A stretch of 64,000 nucleotides of DNA from an uncultured Anaeroplasmataceae bacterium (GTDB lineage: Bacteria; Bacillota_I; Bacilli_A; Acholeplasmatales; Anaeroplasmataceae). The notes beneath the pieces were generated by a model. The model made no database searches, was not told the DNA's origin, and saw only the letters and a program-made list of their open reading frames with translations. Below are positions 1-9,761 of the stretch, piece after piece; positions within the stretch are counted from its first letter, which is position 1; every line of letters starts with the position of its first letter. The position numbers were made by a program, and so were the translations under genes. The DNA lies in the NCBI GenBank assembly GCA_947589245.1, contig CANQBD010000005.1:7-64006 (forward strand), written 5' to 3'.

Positions 1-203
1 GAGTTTGATTCCTAATTATTTACTTTTTTAACACCCCATTTTAGGGGTTAATCCCAAATTCAGGTATTATAATATTTTTAAAAAAAATTATCAACAATTT
101 AACACTCATCAAAGGGCAATTTTTTTATTTTTTTACATTTTTTAACTGAAAAAGTGATGAAAACATAAAACGCTATCAAAAAATAAAAACTAACTTATTA
201 AAG

Positions 204-1079
204 TTAGTCTTCATAAACCAATGCTAAATAATCCTCTTCTATTTTACGTCTTAGCCCAATTGAAGCCTCTGCAAGTGGTAATCTTAGCCTGCCAGTTCCA
301 TAGCCTTGCAAAAATAAAAGGTATTTTATCGGAATTGGTGAGGCCTCTTTATAAATATCTTCATTTAAATCAAGAATCTTGTAATAAGTTGTTCTAGCAA
401 TATTAGCATCCTTAGAAAAAAAATCAACTATTAGCTTTATTTCTTTAGGAAAAGCATTACTAATAACTGAGATAATTCCAGTGGCACCTAAAGCTAATGA
501 AGGCAACATTGTTAAATCATCTGCCCCATATAAAACAAAACTATCATTACAAATGCTCGCAACTCTAGCTTGATAAGAAAGTACACCTGAAGCTTCTTTA
601 ATTCCAATTATGTTAGGATGATAAGAAAGAATTTTTACAACCTCAAAATCAATATTAATTCCGGTTCTCTTAGGAACATTATATAAAACTATTGGTTTAT
701 CAACTCGGTCAGCAATATAATTAAAATGCTTAATCAAACCTTCTGTATTAGTTTTTATATAATAAGGTGCACTTGCCAAATAGCTGTCAAATTCTAAATC
801 TGTAAATAATTTAGCTAATCTGACAGCCTCCTTTGGATTATTGGAAATTATCCCGACCATTATCTTGATTTTGTTATCAACATATTCAACAATATGTTTT
901 ACAAGCTGATATTTTTCTTCATCACTAAGACTTTCAGCTTCAGCTGTTGTTCCTAAAAGCAAAAGACCATCTGTCTTATTGCTCAAATGAAAATCTATAA
1001 GACGATCAACAACTGGATAATCTATCGTATTATCTTCATTAAAAGGCGTTACTAAAGCAACAATACTTCCCTTTAACAT
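204..1079 (-). CDS. dapA: 4-hydroxy-tetrahydrodipicolinate synthase (DapA family lyase)
   Basis: 291-aa ORF with GSIVALVTPF, GTTAEAESLS, LYNVPKRTG and the Schiff-base lysine context GIKEASG typical of DapA. Confidence 0.85.
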   Translation of the reverse strand: MLKGSIVALVTPFNEDNTIDYPVVDRLIDFHLSNKTDGLLLLGTTAEAESLSDEEKYQLVKHIVEYVDNKIKIMVGIISNNPKEAVRLAKLFTDLEFDSYLASAPYYIKTNTEGLIKHFNYIADRVDKPIVLYNVPKRTGINIDFEVVKILSYHPNIIGIKEASGVLSYQARVASICNDSFVLYGADDLTMLPSLALGATGIISVISNAFPKEIKLIVDFFSKDANIARTTYYKILDLNEDIYKEASPIPIKYLLFLQGYGTGRLRLPLAEASIGLRRKIEEDYLALVYED

Positions 1080-1149
1080 AACATCACCATTTTATATTAT
1101 GCTAAAAAGAAAAAAGGAGACACAAAATCTCCTTTAAAAACTCTCTAAA

Positions 1150-1347
1150 TTAAGCTTTTTGAACATCCTTTGCTAATGGACCACGTTCGCCTTCAACAAC
1201 TTCTAAAGTAACATCGTCACCCTCATTTAAAGTTTTATAGCCTTCTGCGATTATTGCTGAAAAATGAACAAATACCTCTTTGCCATCTTCAGTAATAATA
1301 AAACCGTAGCCTTTATCAGCATTAAACCATTTTACTTTGCCTTTCAT
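1150..1347 (-). CDS. Cold-shock protein (CspA family)
   Basis: 65 aa with [17 protein letters not shown] and VFVHFSAI, the RNP1/RNP2 motifs of cold-shock domains. Confidence 0.95.
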   Translation of the reverse strand: MKGKVKWFNADKGYGFIITEDGKEVFVHFSAIIAEGYKTLNEGDDVTLEVVEGERGPLAKDVQKA

Positions 1348-1487
1348 TAGAATACTCCTTTCAAACCAACTTTACATAAAGATTATACACTAAAGAAAAA
1401 GTTTTTACAATAAAGTTTTATTACCTAACTTTCTAATAGTCATTTTATTTAAATTGCGTTATAATCTAAAAAAGAAAGGAAAAAACT

Positions 1488-2693
1488 ATGAAAAATAAAT
1501 TATTAACTAATTTTTTAAATTATGTTCAAGTTGACACAATGTCTGATGAAGAGAGTAATACAACTCCTTCCACTCAAAAACAATTCAATTTAGCCAAGAT
1601 TTTAGTCCAAGAATTAAAACAACTAGGATTAAAGGATATTACCTTGTCTGAAAATTGCTTTGTTTATGCTAAGCTCCCAACTAATATTCCTAATTGTAAG
1701 GATAATATAGGTTTCATAGCTCACATAGATACTATTCCTGGCTTTAGCGGAACAAATGTTAAGCCTAATGTCATTGAAGACTATGATGGTAAAACAATTA
1801 AATTAAAAGGCATTGAGCTATCACCTACACAATTTCCTTTTTTAAAAGATTTAAAAGGAAAAACCTTAATTACAACTGATGGTACTACTATCTTAGGTGC
1901 GGATGATAAGGCGGGTGTGGCTGAAATTATGACCATGCTTTATCATTTTGTTAAAACTGATGAACCACATCTTAATATCTATGTTGCATTTACGCCTGAT
2001 GAAGAAATCGGAACCGGAATTGAAAAATTTGATTTAAGCCTTTTCCCTTGTGAATTCGCTTATACAGTTGATGGAGGAAAAGCAAACGAAATAAATTATG
2101 AAAATTTTAATGCTGCGGCAGCCACTATTAATGTTAAAGGCTTAGATATTCATCCTGGAAGTGCTAAAAATAAAATGTTAAATGCTAGTGAAATTGCAAT
2201 GGAATTTAACTCTCTTCTACCAGCTTTTCAAAAGCCTGAATATACTGATGGCTATGAAGGATTTATTCATTTAACTTCAATAACAGGCGTTGTGGGAAAT
2301 GCCAAATTAACTTATATTCTTCGTGACCATGATTCAGATTTACTAGAAAAGAAAAAAGAAATTTTAAAAGAAGCAGCTAATTTCTTAAATAAAAAATATG
2401 GCAAAAATACTATTAATGTAACAATCAAAGATAGTTATAAAAATATGGCTACAATTATTCAAAAATATCCAAAAGTAATTGAAAAAGCTCAAGCAGCTAT
2501 GCAAAAGATAAATCTCGTTCCTCAAGCTTCACCAATTAGAGGTGGAACAGATGGTGCTCGTTTAACCTATATGGGACTTCCAACTCCAAATCTAGGAACA
2601 GGTGGCTATAATTGTCATGGACCATATGAATTAGCCTGTTTAGAGGAAATGGAAACTATCTGTAAATTATTAATTGAAATAGCAAAACAATGA
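1488..2693 (+). CDS. pepT: Peptidase T (tripeptide aminopeptidase, M20B)
   Basis: 401 aa. N-terminus FLNYVQVDTMSDE, IAHIDT, GADDKAGVAEIM and FTPDEEIG match M20B PepT. RBS aaaggaaaa lies upstream and the gene ends in TGA. Confidence 0.9.
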   Translation: MKNKLLTNFLNYVQVDTMSDEESNTTPSTQKQFNLAKILVQELKQLGLKDITLSENCFVYAKLPTNIPNCKDNIGFIAHIDTIPGFSGTNVKPNVIEDYDGKTIKLKGIELSPTQFPFLKDLKGKTLITTDGTTILGADDKAGVAEIMTMLYHFVKTDEPHLNIYVAFTPDEEIGTGIEKFDLSLFPCEFAYTVDGGKANEINYENFNAAAATINVKGLDIHPGSAKNKMLNASEIAMEFNSLLPAFQKPEYTDGYEGFIHLTSITGVVGNAKLTYILRDHDSDLLEKKKEILKEAANFLNKKYGKNTINVTIKDSYKNMATIIQKYPKVIEKAQAAMQKINLVPQASPIRGGTDGARLTYMGLPTPNLGTGGYNCHGPYELACLEEMETICKLLIEIAKQ

Positions 2694-2740
2694 TTCAAAA
2701 TTCTAAAATATACTCTAAGCTGTAGTTGTTTATTAAATTG

Positions 2741-2772
2741 AAAAAACCGCTAAGATTAACTTAACGGTTTTT
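2741..2772. terminator. Bidirectional rho-independent terminator between pepT and typA
   Basis: Hairpin aaaccgctaag/cttaacggttt flanked by an A-run and a T-run between convergent genes. Confidence 0.7.
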
Positions 2773-2775
2773 ATT

Positions 2776-4602
2776 TTATTCAGTAATATTACGCATTTTA
2801 GCATCATACTTTTTACGTTCAACTGTATCTAAAATTCTTTTTCTTAAACGAATCTTTTTAGGTGTTATTTCAACTAACTCGTCTTCATTAATGAACTCTA
2901 GACAATTTTCTAAAGTTAAAATTCTTGGGGCTTTTAAAACAACAGTCATATCCTTATTTGAGGAACGGGTGTTCGTTTGTTGCTTAGCCTTAACGACATT
3001 AACTGCTAAATCAAGCCCCTTATTAGCCTCACCAACAATCATACCCTCATAAATATCTTCGCCAGGATAAATAAACATAATACCACGATCTTCTAGGGCT
3101 CCAATTGAGTAAGCTGTTGATTGACCTTGAGCCATTGACACTAATACGCCAGTATTACGTTTAGCAATTTGCATACTTTCCATTGGGCGATAATCTAAAA
3201 AGCTATGACTAATAATTCCATAGCCACGAGTCATACTTAAAAATAAAGTATTAAAGCCAATTAAACCACGTGAAGGAATTGTATAAACTAGTCGCGTTTG
3301 AGTTTCAGTATTACTCATTGATTCAATAGTACCATGACGATTACCCATCATCTCAATAACAGCCCCCGCACTTTCACTCGGAACATCGATTACACAATAT
3401 TCATAGGGCTCACAAGTTACACCATCAACCTCTTTCATAATAACAGTCGGTCTTGAAACTTGAAATTCATAACCCTCACGGCGCATATTTTCAATTAAAA
3501 TACCTAAATGAAGTTCACCACGACCAGATACTAACCATTCTTCTTGCCCTTCAATACGCCGAACCCTTAAAGAAACATCCTTTTGAACTTCTCTAAACAA
3601 ACGTTCTTCTAACTTCGTTGCAGTAACATTTTTGCCATCACGACCACAAAAAGGTGAAGTATTAGTACCAAAAGTCATTTGGACTGTTGGCTCTGAAATA
3701 TGTATTTTTTCCAGTGGTTCTTCTTGTCCAGCAGTACAAATTGTTTCCCCTACAGAAATATCGCCAAGTCCTGATACAGCAACAATTTCCCCAGCCTTAG
3801 CTTCATTTATTTCAATACGATCTAACCCGATAAAACCATAAAGCTTTTGAACTCTAAATGATTTTATACTGCCATCTAGACGACAACAAGAAACAACTTC
3901 GCCAGAATGAATTGTACCACGTGTGATACGCCCAATACCAATACGACCTACAAAATCTGTATAATCTAATAAAGCAGGTTGAAGCTGTAGGGGCGATGTA
4001 CTATCCATGTTAGGAGCTGGTATTTCAGCAATAATCATATCAAGTAAAGGTTCCATGCCTTCTTTTTGAGTAGTAATATCACTTGATAAAGAACAAGTGT
4101 TATTGGCAGCAGATGTAAAACAAACAGGAAAATCTAATTCATCTTCATCACAACCTAAATCAATAAATAACTCTAAAACTTCATCAATAACCTCAACTGG
4201 TCTAGCTGATGGTTTATCTACTTTGTTAATAACAACAATCGGTTTTAAATGAGCTTCAAAAGCTTTCTTTAAAACAAACCTAGTCTGAGGCATTGTTCCT
4301 TCGTAGGCATCAACAACCAAAACAACACCATCAACCATCTTCATTATTCTTTCAACTTCTCCCGAAAAATCAGCATGGCCTGGAGTATCCAAAATATTTA
4401 TTTTTGTGTCTTTATAGATGATTGCAGTATTCTTAGCCAAAATAGTTATTCCTCTTTCACGCTCTAAAGCATTAGAGTCCATAACTCTTTCTTCAACAAC
4501 CTGATTTTCTCTAAAGGTATGAGAGCTTTTTAATAATTTATCAACTAAGGTTGTTTTACCATGATCAACATGGGCAATAATGGCAATATTTCTTATATCC
4601 AT
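2776..4602 (-). CDS. typA: Translational GTPase TypA/BipA
   Basis: 608 aa with IRNIAIIAHVDHGKTTLVD, DTPGHADF, NKVD and EF-G-like C-terminal domains. Confidence 0.95.
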   Translation of the reverse strand: MDIRNIAIIAHVDHGKTTLVDKLLKSSHTFRENQVVEERVMDSNALERERGITILAKNTAIIYKDTKINILDTPGHADFSGEVERIMKMVDGVVLVVDAYEGTMPQTRFVLKKAFEAHLKPIVVINKVDKPSARPVEVIDEVLELFIDLGCDEDELDFPVCFTSAANNTCSLSSDITTQKEGMEPLLDMIIAEIPAPNMDSTSPLQLQPALLDYTDFVGRIGIGRITRGTIHSGEVVSCCRLDGSIKSFRVQKLYGFIGLDRIEINEAKAGEIVAVSGLGDISVGETICTAGQEEPLEKIHISEPTVQMTFGTNTSPFCGRDGKNVTATKLEERLFREVQKDVSLRVRRIEGQEEWLVSGRGELHLGILIENMRREGYEFQVSRPTVIMKEVDGVTCEPYEYCVIDVPSESAGAVIEMMGNRHGTIESMSNTETQTRLVYTIPSRGLIGFNTLFLSMTRGYGIISHSFLDYRPMESMQIAKRNTGVLVSMAQGQSTAYSIGALEDRGIMFIYPGEDIYEGMIVGEANKGLDLAVNVVKAKQQTNTRSSNKDMTVVLKAPRILTLENCLEFINEDELVEITPKKIRLRKRILDTVERKKYDAKMRNITE

Positions 4603-4680
4603 AATTTTACACCTGAGTATAACAATATACTTCCTTTCAAAACATTGATATTATATCAAAAAAAATGGGCAATATCTATG

Positions 4681-5781
4681 CTATTTTTTACTTTTCTTTT
4701 TATACTCTCTAATTGGCAAAGCTAAAGCATAAAGTAAACCATCATTACCCTTTTCATAAAGTTCCTTCAAAAATAACAAATATTTAACTACCGCTTTATT
4801 ATTTTTAGATTTTGCTTCTTTAATTAAATGATCAATGGAACTTAAAAATAAAGGACTTCTAATATCATCAATATTATTTGCTAAAGCAATTAAGTTTTTA
4901 TTATTATTCAAAAAACGATAAAATGATGATACCAAATAAGGATTACGTTTTCCAATTAAAGATTTATTATTATCTTTAGTAACTAATTTTAAAATTTTTA
5001 TAAGCTCCAATCCTATCGCATAATTTACTAATTCTTTAATATCTAAATCCTCGACTGCAAAGGCTCGCAACTCCTCAATTATTTCAATACGCCACAAAAG
5101 ACGATGCTGTTCAGATGAGGCTTTTTCATAAAAATTAAGATATTGTTCTTTCAACTGCTCTAAAATTGAAAAATAGTCTAAATCAAGACAATATAGGTTA
5201 ATAATTTTATTAATTGTTTTTATTAAATCGGGCTGATGAATACTATCCTCAGCAATATCATAAAGCTCATTCAAAAAATTATTACATTCTTGATAATAGG
5301 CTTCTACTAAATTAAAAATATCAATTACCCGATTAGTTACACCTGCACTAGAATAAATATTATATGCAAAACTATTCTGCTTGACACTTTTTTCATCTAA
5401 AATACAATAAGCTAGACTTTTAGAATTATAAACTCGATTAGCAGGATGACCAACAACATCATTACGAATATATTTTAATTCTCTAAGCTCAGGATTTTTA
5501 TTGATGTTAATAAAGCTTTTACTTTTCGTTAAAGATAGAGCTAAAGCATACAAAGAATCAACTGAAACAAATAGACTTTGCAAAAGGGCATATAGCTTTA
5601 ATAGATTTAAAGAAACACTACTATCTTCATTCATTGCAAAATAACTCTTCTGAACCTCATTGGTTATCTCCAAAGCCTTTAAAGCAGCTGCAATAGCATA
5701 ATCTTCATTTTTTAAATAATAATCAATTTCAAATCTTTCAATTAGCTTTTCATTTTCTATAATGCTATTTTCTAACATCAT
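4681..5781 (-). CDS. Hypothetical protein with an HEPN-like Rx5H motif (possible Abi-like protein)
   Basis: 366-aa all-helical-looking ORF. It carries ELKYIRNDVVGHPANR (R106 to H112, codons at 5464-5466 and 5446-5448). It has its own -10/RBS (tataat, gaaggtga) and sits after the pdxK terminator. The confidence value refers to the HEPN assignment; the ORF itself is solid. Confidence 0.35.
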   Translation of the reverse strand: MMLENSIIENEKLIERFEIDYYLKNEDYAIAAALKALEITNEVQKSYFAMNEDSSVSLNLLKLYALLQSLFVSVDSLYALALSLTKSKSFININKNPELRELKYIRNDVVGHPANRVYNSKSLAYCILDEKSVKQNSFAYNIYSSAGVTNRVIDIFNLVEAYYQECNNFLNELYDIAEDSIHQPDLIKTINKIINLYCLDLDYFSILEQLKEQYLNFYEKASSEQHRLLWRIEIIEELRAFAVEDLDIKELVNYAIGLELIKILKLVTKDNNKSLIGKRNPYLVSSFYRFLNNNKNLIALANNIDDIRSPLFLSSIDHLIKEAKSKNNKAVVKYLLFLKELYEKGNDGLLYALALPIREYKKKSKK

Positions 5782-5861
5782 CGTTTCACCTTCTTCTTTA
5801 ATTATATTTTACCATAAAATAAAAACTTCCCCTATATTTTAAAATAAGAGAAGTTAAAATA

Positions 5862-6686
5862 TTATAAATTTGTTAAATATTTTAGAGCTGGCTCAAAATG
5901 AACACCATAGCTATGAGTATATCGATCATCATAAGTAGCCGCAATAGCAAGATAAGTGAATTCACAAGCAATACCGGCAGCTTCTTCTAAAGATTTACCT
6001 TTGATATAAGCCCCAAAAAAAGAACTTGCAAAACAATCGCCTGTACCATGAAAAGAGGCTCCAACCTTAGCTGTAAAATAATAAGAAATGGTATCTTTAG
6101 TTAAATTATAAATCATCGCACCAAGTTCATTATCATTAAAGCTTACGCCAGTTAAAATAACAGAGGCATTTGTCATATTAGCTAATTTTTTAACCATAGC
6201 CTCTAATTCCGTTTTAGAAAAATCTGTTCGATATTCAACATCTAATAACAAACAAGCTTCAGTTAAATTAGGTAGAATAACATCGGCTGCTTGACAAAGC
6301 TTCAGCATCTTCTTTGGAAAATCCGTAGGAAAGCCAACATATAATTGGCCATTATCAGCCATACAAGGATCAACTACTCTAACAGCATCCTTTTTAGCAC
6401 AGGAATTGAAAATAGCTAAAATATAATCAATTTGTTTAGTAGAACCAACATAACCAGTATAAAAACCATCAAAATCTAATTTTTCATCTAACCAATGCTT
6501 TTCAATTTTAGGAAGCTCCTCTGTCAAATCACAAAATGTAAAATTTTTAAACATTGTATGAGTTGATAAAACGGCAGTAGGAATTACAGATGCTTCAATA
6601 CCAAAAGCTGAAATAATAGGTAAAGCTACAGTTAAGGAACATTGACCAAGACAGGAAATATCTTGAATTGTTAAAATTCTTTTCAT
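5862..6686 (-). CDS. pdxK: Pyridoxal/pyridoxamine kinase (ribokinase superfamily)
   Basis: 274 aa with N-terminal ILTIQDISCLGQCSLTVALPI and a C-terminal GTGDCFASSF anion-hole motif. Confidence 0.8.
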   Translation of the reverse strand: MKRILTIQDISCLGQCSLTVALPIISAFGIEASVIPTAVLSTHTMFKNFTFCDLTEELPKIEKHWLDEKLDFDGFYTGYVGSTKQIDYILAIFNSCAKKDAVRVVDPCMADNGQLYVGFPTDFPKKMLKLCQAADVILPNLTEACLLLDVEYRTDFSKTELEAMVKKLANMTNASVILTGVSFNDNELGAMIYNLTKDTISYYFTAKVGASFHGTGDCFASSFFGAYIKGKSLEEAAGIACEFTYLAIAATYDDRYTHSYGVHFEPALKYLTNL

Positions 6687-6707
6687 ATTCTTTTACTCCT
6701 TCAATTT

Positions 6708-7736
6708 TTATTTGCTTAATAAATAAGCATATAATAAACGCATTGTATTTTCAATGGCATCTAAATGTGTTCTTTCCATACCATGACTAGCATGAACACC
6801 AGGACCGATCAAAGCTCCCTCACAATCAACACCACTTCGCCAAGCCGCTCCAATATCAGAACCATAAAAAGGAAAAATATCTAAAACATATTTGATATTA
6901 TTGTTTTTAGCCAAAGAACATAATTTGTTTGTAAGCAGGTAGCTATATGGACCACCACTATCCTTAGCACAAATGGAAACAGCATATTCATTGCCAGCTA
7001 AATCTTTACCAACGCACCCCATATCAATAGTTACAAATTCTTTAATTCTGGTATCAACAGTTGCTGCCCCATGACCAACTTCTTCTTGATTAACAAAATA
7101 AACCAAAGTATCATAATAAGGCTTTTCGCTTTTAACATGTAGTTCTTTTAAAACTCCTAATATTGCACAAACACTACCCTTATCATCGATAAAACGACTT
7201 TTTAAAAAGCCACTTTCAGTAATGGTAGTTTTAGGATCAATCATGATATAATCACCATTTTGAATGCCTAATTTTAAAACATCATCTTTATTAAAGATTT
7301 TTTCATCAATTCTAATAATCATGTTATCTACACAACGTGGTTTAGTTTTAGCATCTTCATAAACATGAACAGAAGCACTTGTACAAAGTATTGTACCAGT
7401 ATAAATCCTTCCTTCACGAGTAACAATACGACAATACTCACCATCTAGGGTTGGAATAGATGGCCCCCCAACATTAGTTACATTTAAAGTTCCATCACTA
7501 TTGATAGATCTAACCATTAGCCCTAAAGTATCTAAGTGAGCACTTGTAGCCACAAGCTTAGAATGATTCTTCCCTTCAATGAAGACCTTGATATTACCCT
7601 TATTAGTAATGGTTGGTTCAAAGCCCAAATCCTTTAAAATGTCACAGACTAAAGCATCTACCTTATAACTATAACCAGTTGGTGAATCACAAGCAAATAA
7701 TTTATCAGCAACATTCTTAACAAATTGTAAATCCAT
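6708..7736 (-). CDS. M42 family metallopeptidase (glutamyl aminopeptidase / FrvX-like)
   Basis: About 342 aa with SAHLDTLGLMV, FIDDKGSV, NQEEVGHGA and GPGVHASHGMER. The start is uncertain: ATG at 7736 or GTG at 7745, neither with a good SD. Confidence 0.8.
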   Translation of the reverse strand: MDLQFVKNVADKLFACDSPTGYSYKVDALVCDILKDLGFEPTITNKGNIKVFIEGKNHSKLVATSAHLDTLGLMVRSINSDGTLNVTNVGGPSIPTLDGEYCRIVTREGRIYTGTILCTSASVHVYEDAKTKPRCVDNMIIRIDEKIFNKDDVLKLGIQNGDYIMIDPKTTITESGFLKSRFIDDKGSVCAILGVLKELHVKSEKPYYDTLVYFVNQEEVGHGAATVDTRIKEFVTIDMGCVGKDLAGNEYAVSICAKDSGGPYSYLLTNKLCSLAKNNNIKYVLDIFPFYGSDIGAAWRSGVDCEGALIGPGVHASHGMERTHLDAIENTMRLLYAYLLSK

Positions 7737-8049
7737 AAATATCACACAATATAATCCAATTGTACTTAAGATTACACAATCTCCTTCTTTTAGAGTTTTA
7801 CTTTTTTAAAATTATGAGTACAACATAGTTTTTATATCATCATTTAGATGTTATAAATTTAAAAAAACTATATATTTCTTCTAAAATAAACTTATCAAAT
7901 TGATAGGGTAAAAACATTTTTAAAAAGCATATTCACATTAAAATAGTATATCATTTAATTCCAATATTTGCAACTAATCAGAAATAAAAATAGTTCGACA
8001 ACTTAGAACTTTTTATAATTAACTTTTTTTTAATTAATCGAAAAAAGAC

Positions 8050-8078
8050 TTGTATTTTAAGTGACCTTATAGTATAAT
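8050..8078 (+). promoter_or_regulatory. Sigma-A-type promoter for the tRNA-Asp/tRNA-Arg pair
   Basis: TTGTAT (8050-8055), a 17-bp spacer, then TATAAT (8073-8078), about 19 nt before the tRNA. Confidence 0.65.
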
Positions 8079-8096
8079 AAACAAGCATCAACGAAT

Positions 8097-8172
8097 GGTT
8101 CGGTGGTGTAGTGGTTAACATGCTAGTCTGTCACACTGGAGATCGCGGGTTCAAGTCCCGTCCGAACCGCCA
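8097..8172 (+). tRNA. tRNA-Asp (GTC)
   Basis: Acceptor stem ggttcgg/ccgaacc, anticodon loop ctGTCac, T-arm gcggg-ttcaagt-cccgt and an encoded CCA. Confidence 0.95.
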
Positions 8173-8185
8173 CTTAATAATAGTT

Positions 8186-8262
8186 GCACCCTTAGATCAA
8201 TTGGATAGATCGTTTGACTACGGATCAAAAGGTTAGGGGTTCGAATCCTCTAGGGTGCGCCA
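8186..8262 (+). tRNA. tRNA-Arg (ACG)
   Basis: Acceptor stem gcaccct/agggtgc, D-stem gatc/gatc, anticodon stem tttga/tcaaa with loop ctACGga, T-loop ttcgaat and an encoded CCA. Confidence 0.95.
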
Positions 8263-8275
8263 TAATAAATAATTT

Positions 8276-8298
8276 GAGGATATTTATCCTCTTTTTTT
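8276..8298 (+). terminator. Rho-independent terminator after the tRNA pair
   Basis: Hairpin gaggata/tatcctc followed by seven Ts. Confidence 0.75.
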
Positions 8299-8340
8299 AT
8301 GCAAAAAATGCTTGTTTTTTACGACAAGCATTTTATTTTT

Positions 8341-9288
8341 TTATTTTTCTTTTGTTGAATTGACAACTTCTGTTATACCAGCAACAGTAGATGCTAAATT
8401 TTGTATCTCAGATGGAATGATAATCTTTGTTGCTTGACCTTCGGACACGCGTTCTAACGCTTCAAATGATTTGATTGTTAAAACCTCTTTAGTTAAACCA
8501 GCTTCAACAAGCATCTTATAACCATCAGCTTCGGCCTTACGGGTTAATCTTTCACCTTCTGCTTCAGCATTTTTAACTTTTAAAATTGATTCAGCCTCAG
8601 CTTCAGCCTTACGAATTATAGATTGCTTTTCAGCTTCAGCCTTTAAAATTTGAGCCTCTTTTTCACCTTCAGCACGAAGAATTTGACTTTTCTTTTCACC
8701 TTCAGCTAAAAGAATTGTCTCACGGCGTTCACGCTCAGCACGCATTTGCCGTTCCATAGCATCCCGAATATCTTTAGGAGGCAAAATATTTTTAACCTCA
8801 ACACGATTAACCTTAATTCCCCAAGGATCAGTAGCCTCATCCAAAATAGAACGCATTTTAGCATTAATTAAATCTCTTGAAGTTAAAGTCTCATCTAAAT
8901 CTAATTCACCAATAATATTACGTAAGGTTGTTGATGATAAGCTTTCAAGAGCTTGAGTTGGATTTTCTACACCATAAGCAAATAGTTTTGGATCAGTTAT
9001 TTGATAGAAGACAATAGTATCAATTTGCATTGTTACATTATCCTTTGTGATAACTGGTTGAGGATCAAAATCACTAATTTGTTCTTTCATAGAAACAACC
9101 TTAGCTACTTTATCAACAAATGGCAATAAAAAGTGAAAGCCTACAGACCATGTTGTATGATAAGCTCCAACACGTTCAACAATCAATTTCTGAGTTTGCC
9201 TAACAATTCTAATTCTTGTAATCAAAACAACAACAATAATAATGATAACAGCACTAACAATAATAGCAGCAATTAAACCTGAATTCAT
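8341..9288 (-). CDS. SPFH/Band 7 (stomatin-like) membrane protein
   Basis: 315 aa with an N-terminal TM helix, an SPFH core (IVERVGAYH, DTIVFYQITDP, RDAMERQMRAERERR) and an Ala/Glu-rich coiled-coil tail. Confidence 0.9.
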   Translation of the reverse strand: MNSGLIAAIIVSAVIIIIVVVLITRIRIVRQTQKLIVERVGAYHTTWSVGFHFLLPFVDKVAKVVSMKEQISDFDPQPVITKDNVTMQIDTIVFYQITDPKLFAYGVENPTQALESLSSTTLRNIIGELDLDETLTSRDLINAKMRSILDEATDPWGIKVNRVEVKNILPPKDIRDAMERQMRAERERRETILLAEGEKKSQILRAEGEKEAQILKAEAEKQSIIRKAEAEAESILKVKNAEAEGERLTRKAEADGYKMLVEAGLTKEVLTIKSFEALERVSEGQATKIIIPSEIQNLASTVAGITEVVNSTKEK

Positions 9289-9314
9289 TTTTTATTTTTC
9301 TCCTTTTATAATTC

Positions 9315-9761
9315 TTAAACAATTTTTCTAACAATTACTTTATTACCCTTAAAGGTAACAATCTCCACAATTTCATCAGCTCTAATAGTCTCAGTTTCTT
9401 CTTCTAAAAGACTAGCTGAATAAATGACATCATTAATCCTAACTTCACCATTTTCATATTTTGAAATATCACTAATAACTTTAACTCTTTTCCCAACATA
9501 TTCATCAATGTTTGTATATCTAACAGCATTAAATAAAAGTCTCTTGGCTATCGGTCTTGTTAAAATTAGTAATAACAAAGATACAAAAGCGAATACAATC
9601 AATTGAACATACCAAGGTATAACCGGGAATGCCGAAAAAATAAGAGCAATGATGGCCCCAAAGGCAAACCAAACAGAAACTAAATCTTGGGTTATGGCTT
9701 CAATAACTACTGCCGTTATAAACAACCCTAACCAAACCCAAACCATATAATACTCTTCCAT
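9315..9761 (-). CDS. NfeD family membrane protein
   Basis: 148 aa with three N-terminal TM helices and a C-terminal OB-like segment (GKRVKVISDI, GEVRINDVIYSA). It lies immediately upstream of the SPFH gene, the classic nfeD-SPFH pairing. Confidence 0.8.
   Translation of the reverse strand: MEEYYMVWVWLGLFITAVVIEAITQDLVSVWFAFGAIIALIFSAFPVIPWYVQLIVFAFVSLLLLILTRPIAKRLLFNAVRYTNIDEYVGKRVKVISDISKYENGEVRINDVIYSASLLEEETETIRADEIVEIVTFKGNKVIVRKIV

Noticed and set aside
2691-2693. The possibility that this AT-rich Mollicutes-like sequence uses genetic code 4 (TGA = Trp).
   Set aside because: pepT terminates at TGA exactly where homologues end. Long ORFs are intact under code 11, and Trp positions in conserved motifs (for example KWFN in Csp, SDWGA in GH3) are encoded by TGG.
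7746-7790. A strong SD-like aaggag about 45 nt upstream of the M42 peptidase start. It is followed by a GTG-TAA start-stop and two copies of attgtgtRat. The peptidase reading frame stays open across this region.
   Set aside because: No canonical start codon is suitably spaced from that SD in the peptidase frame, only ATC/ATT. The SD-to-GTG spacing is too short for a start-stop element. I cannot support a regulatory or extended-ORF claim from sequence alone.
8097-8262. tRNA-Asp/Arg and tRNA-His (23081-23157) as possible integration sites of mobile elements.
   Set aside because: I saw no integrase, excisionase, transposase or direct repeat of the tRNA 3' ends in the flanking sequence. The neighbouring genes look chromosomal.
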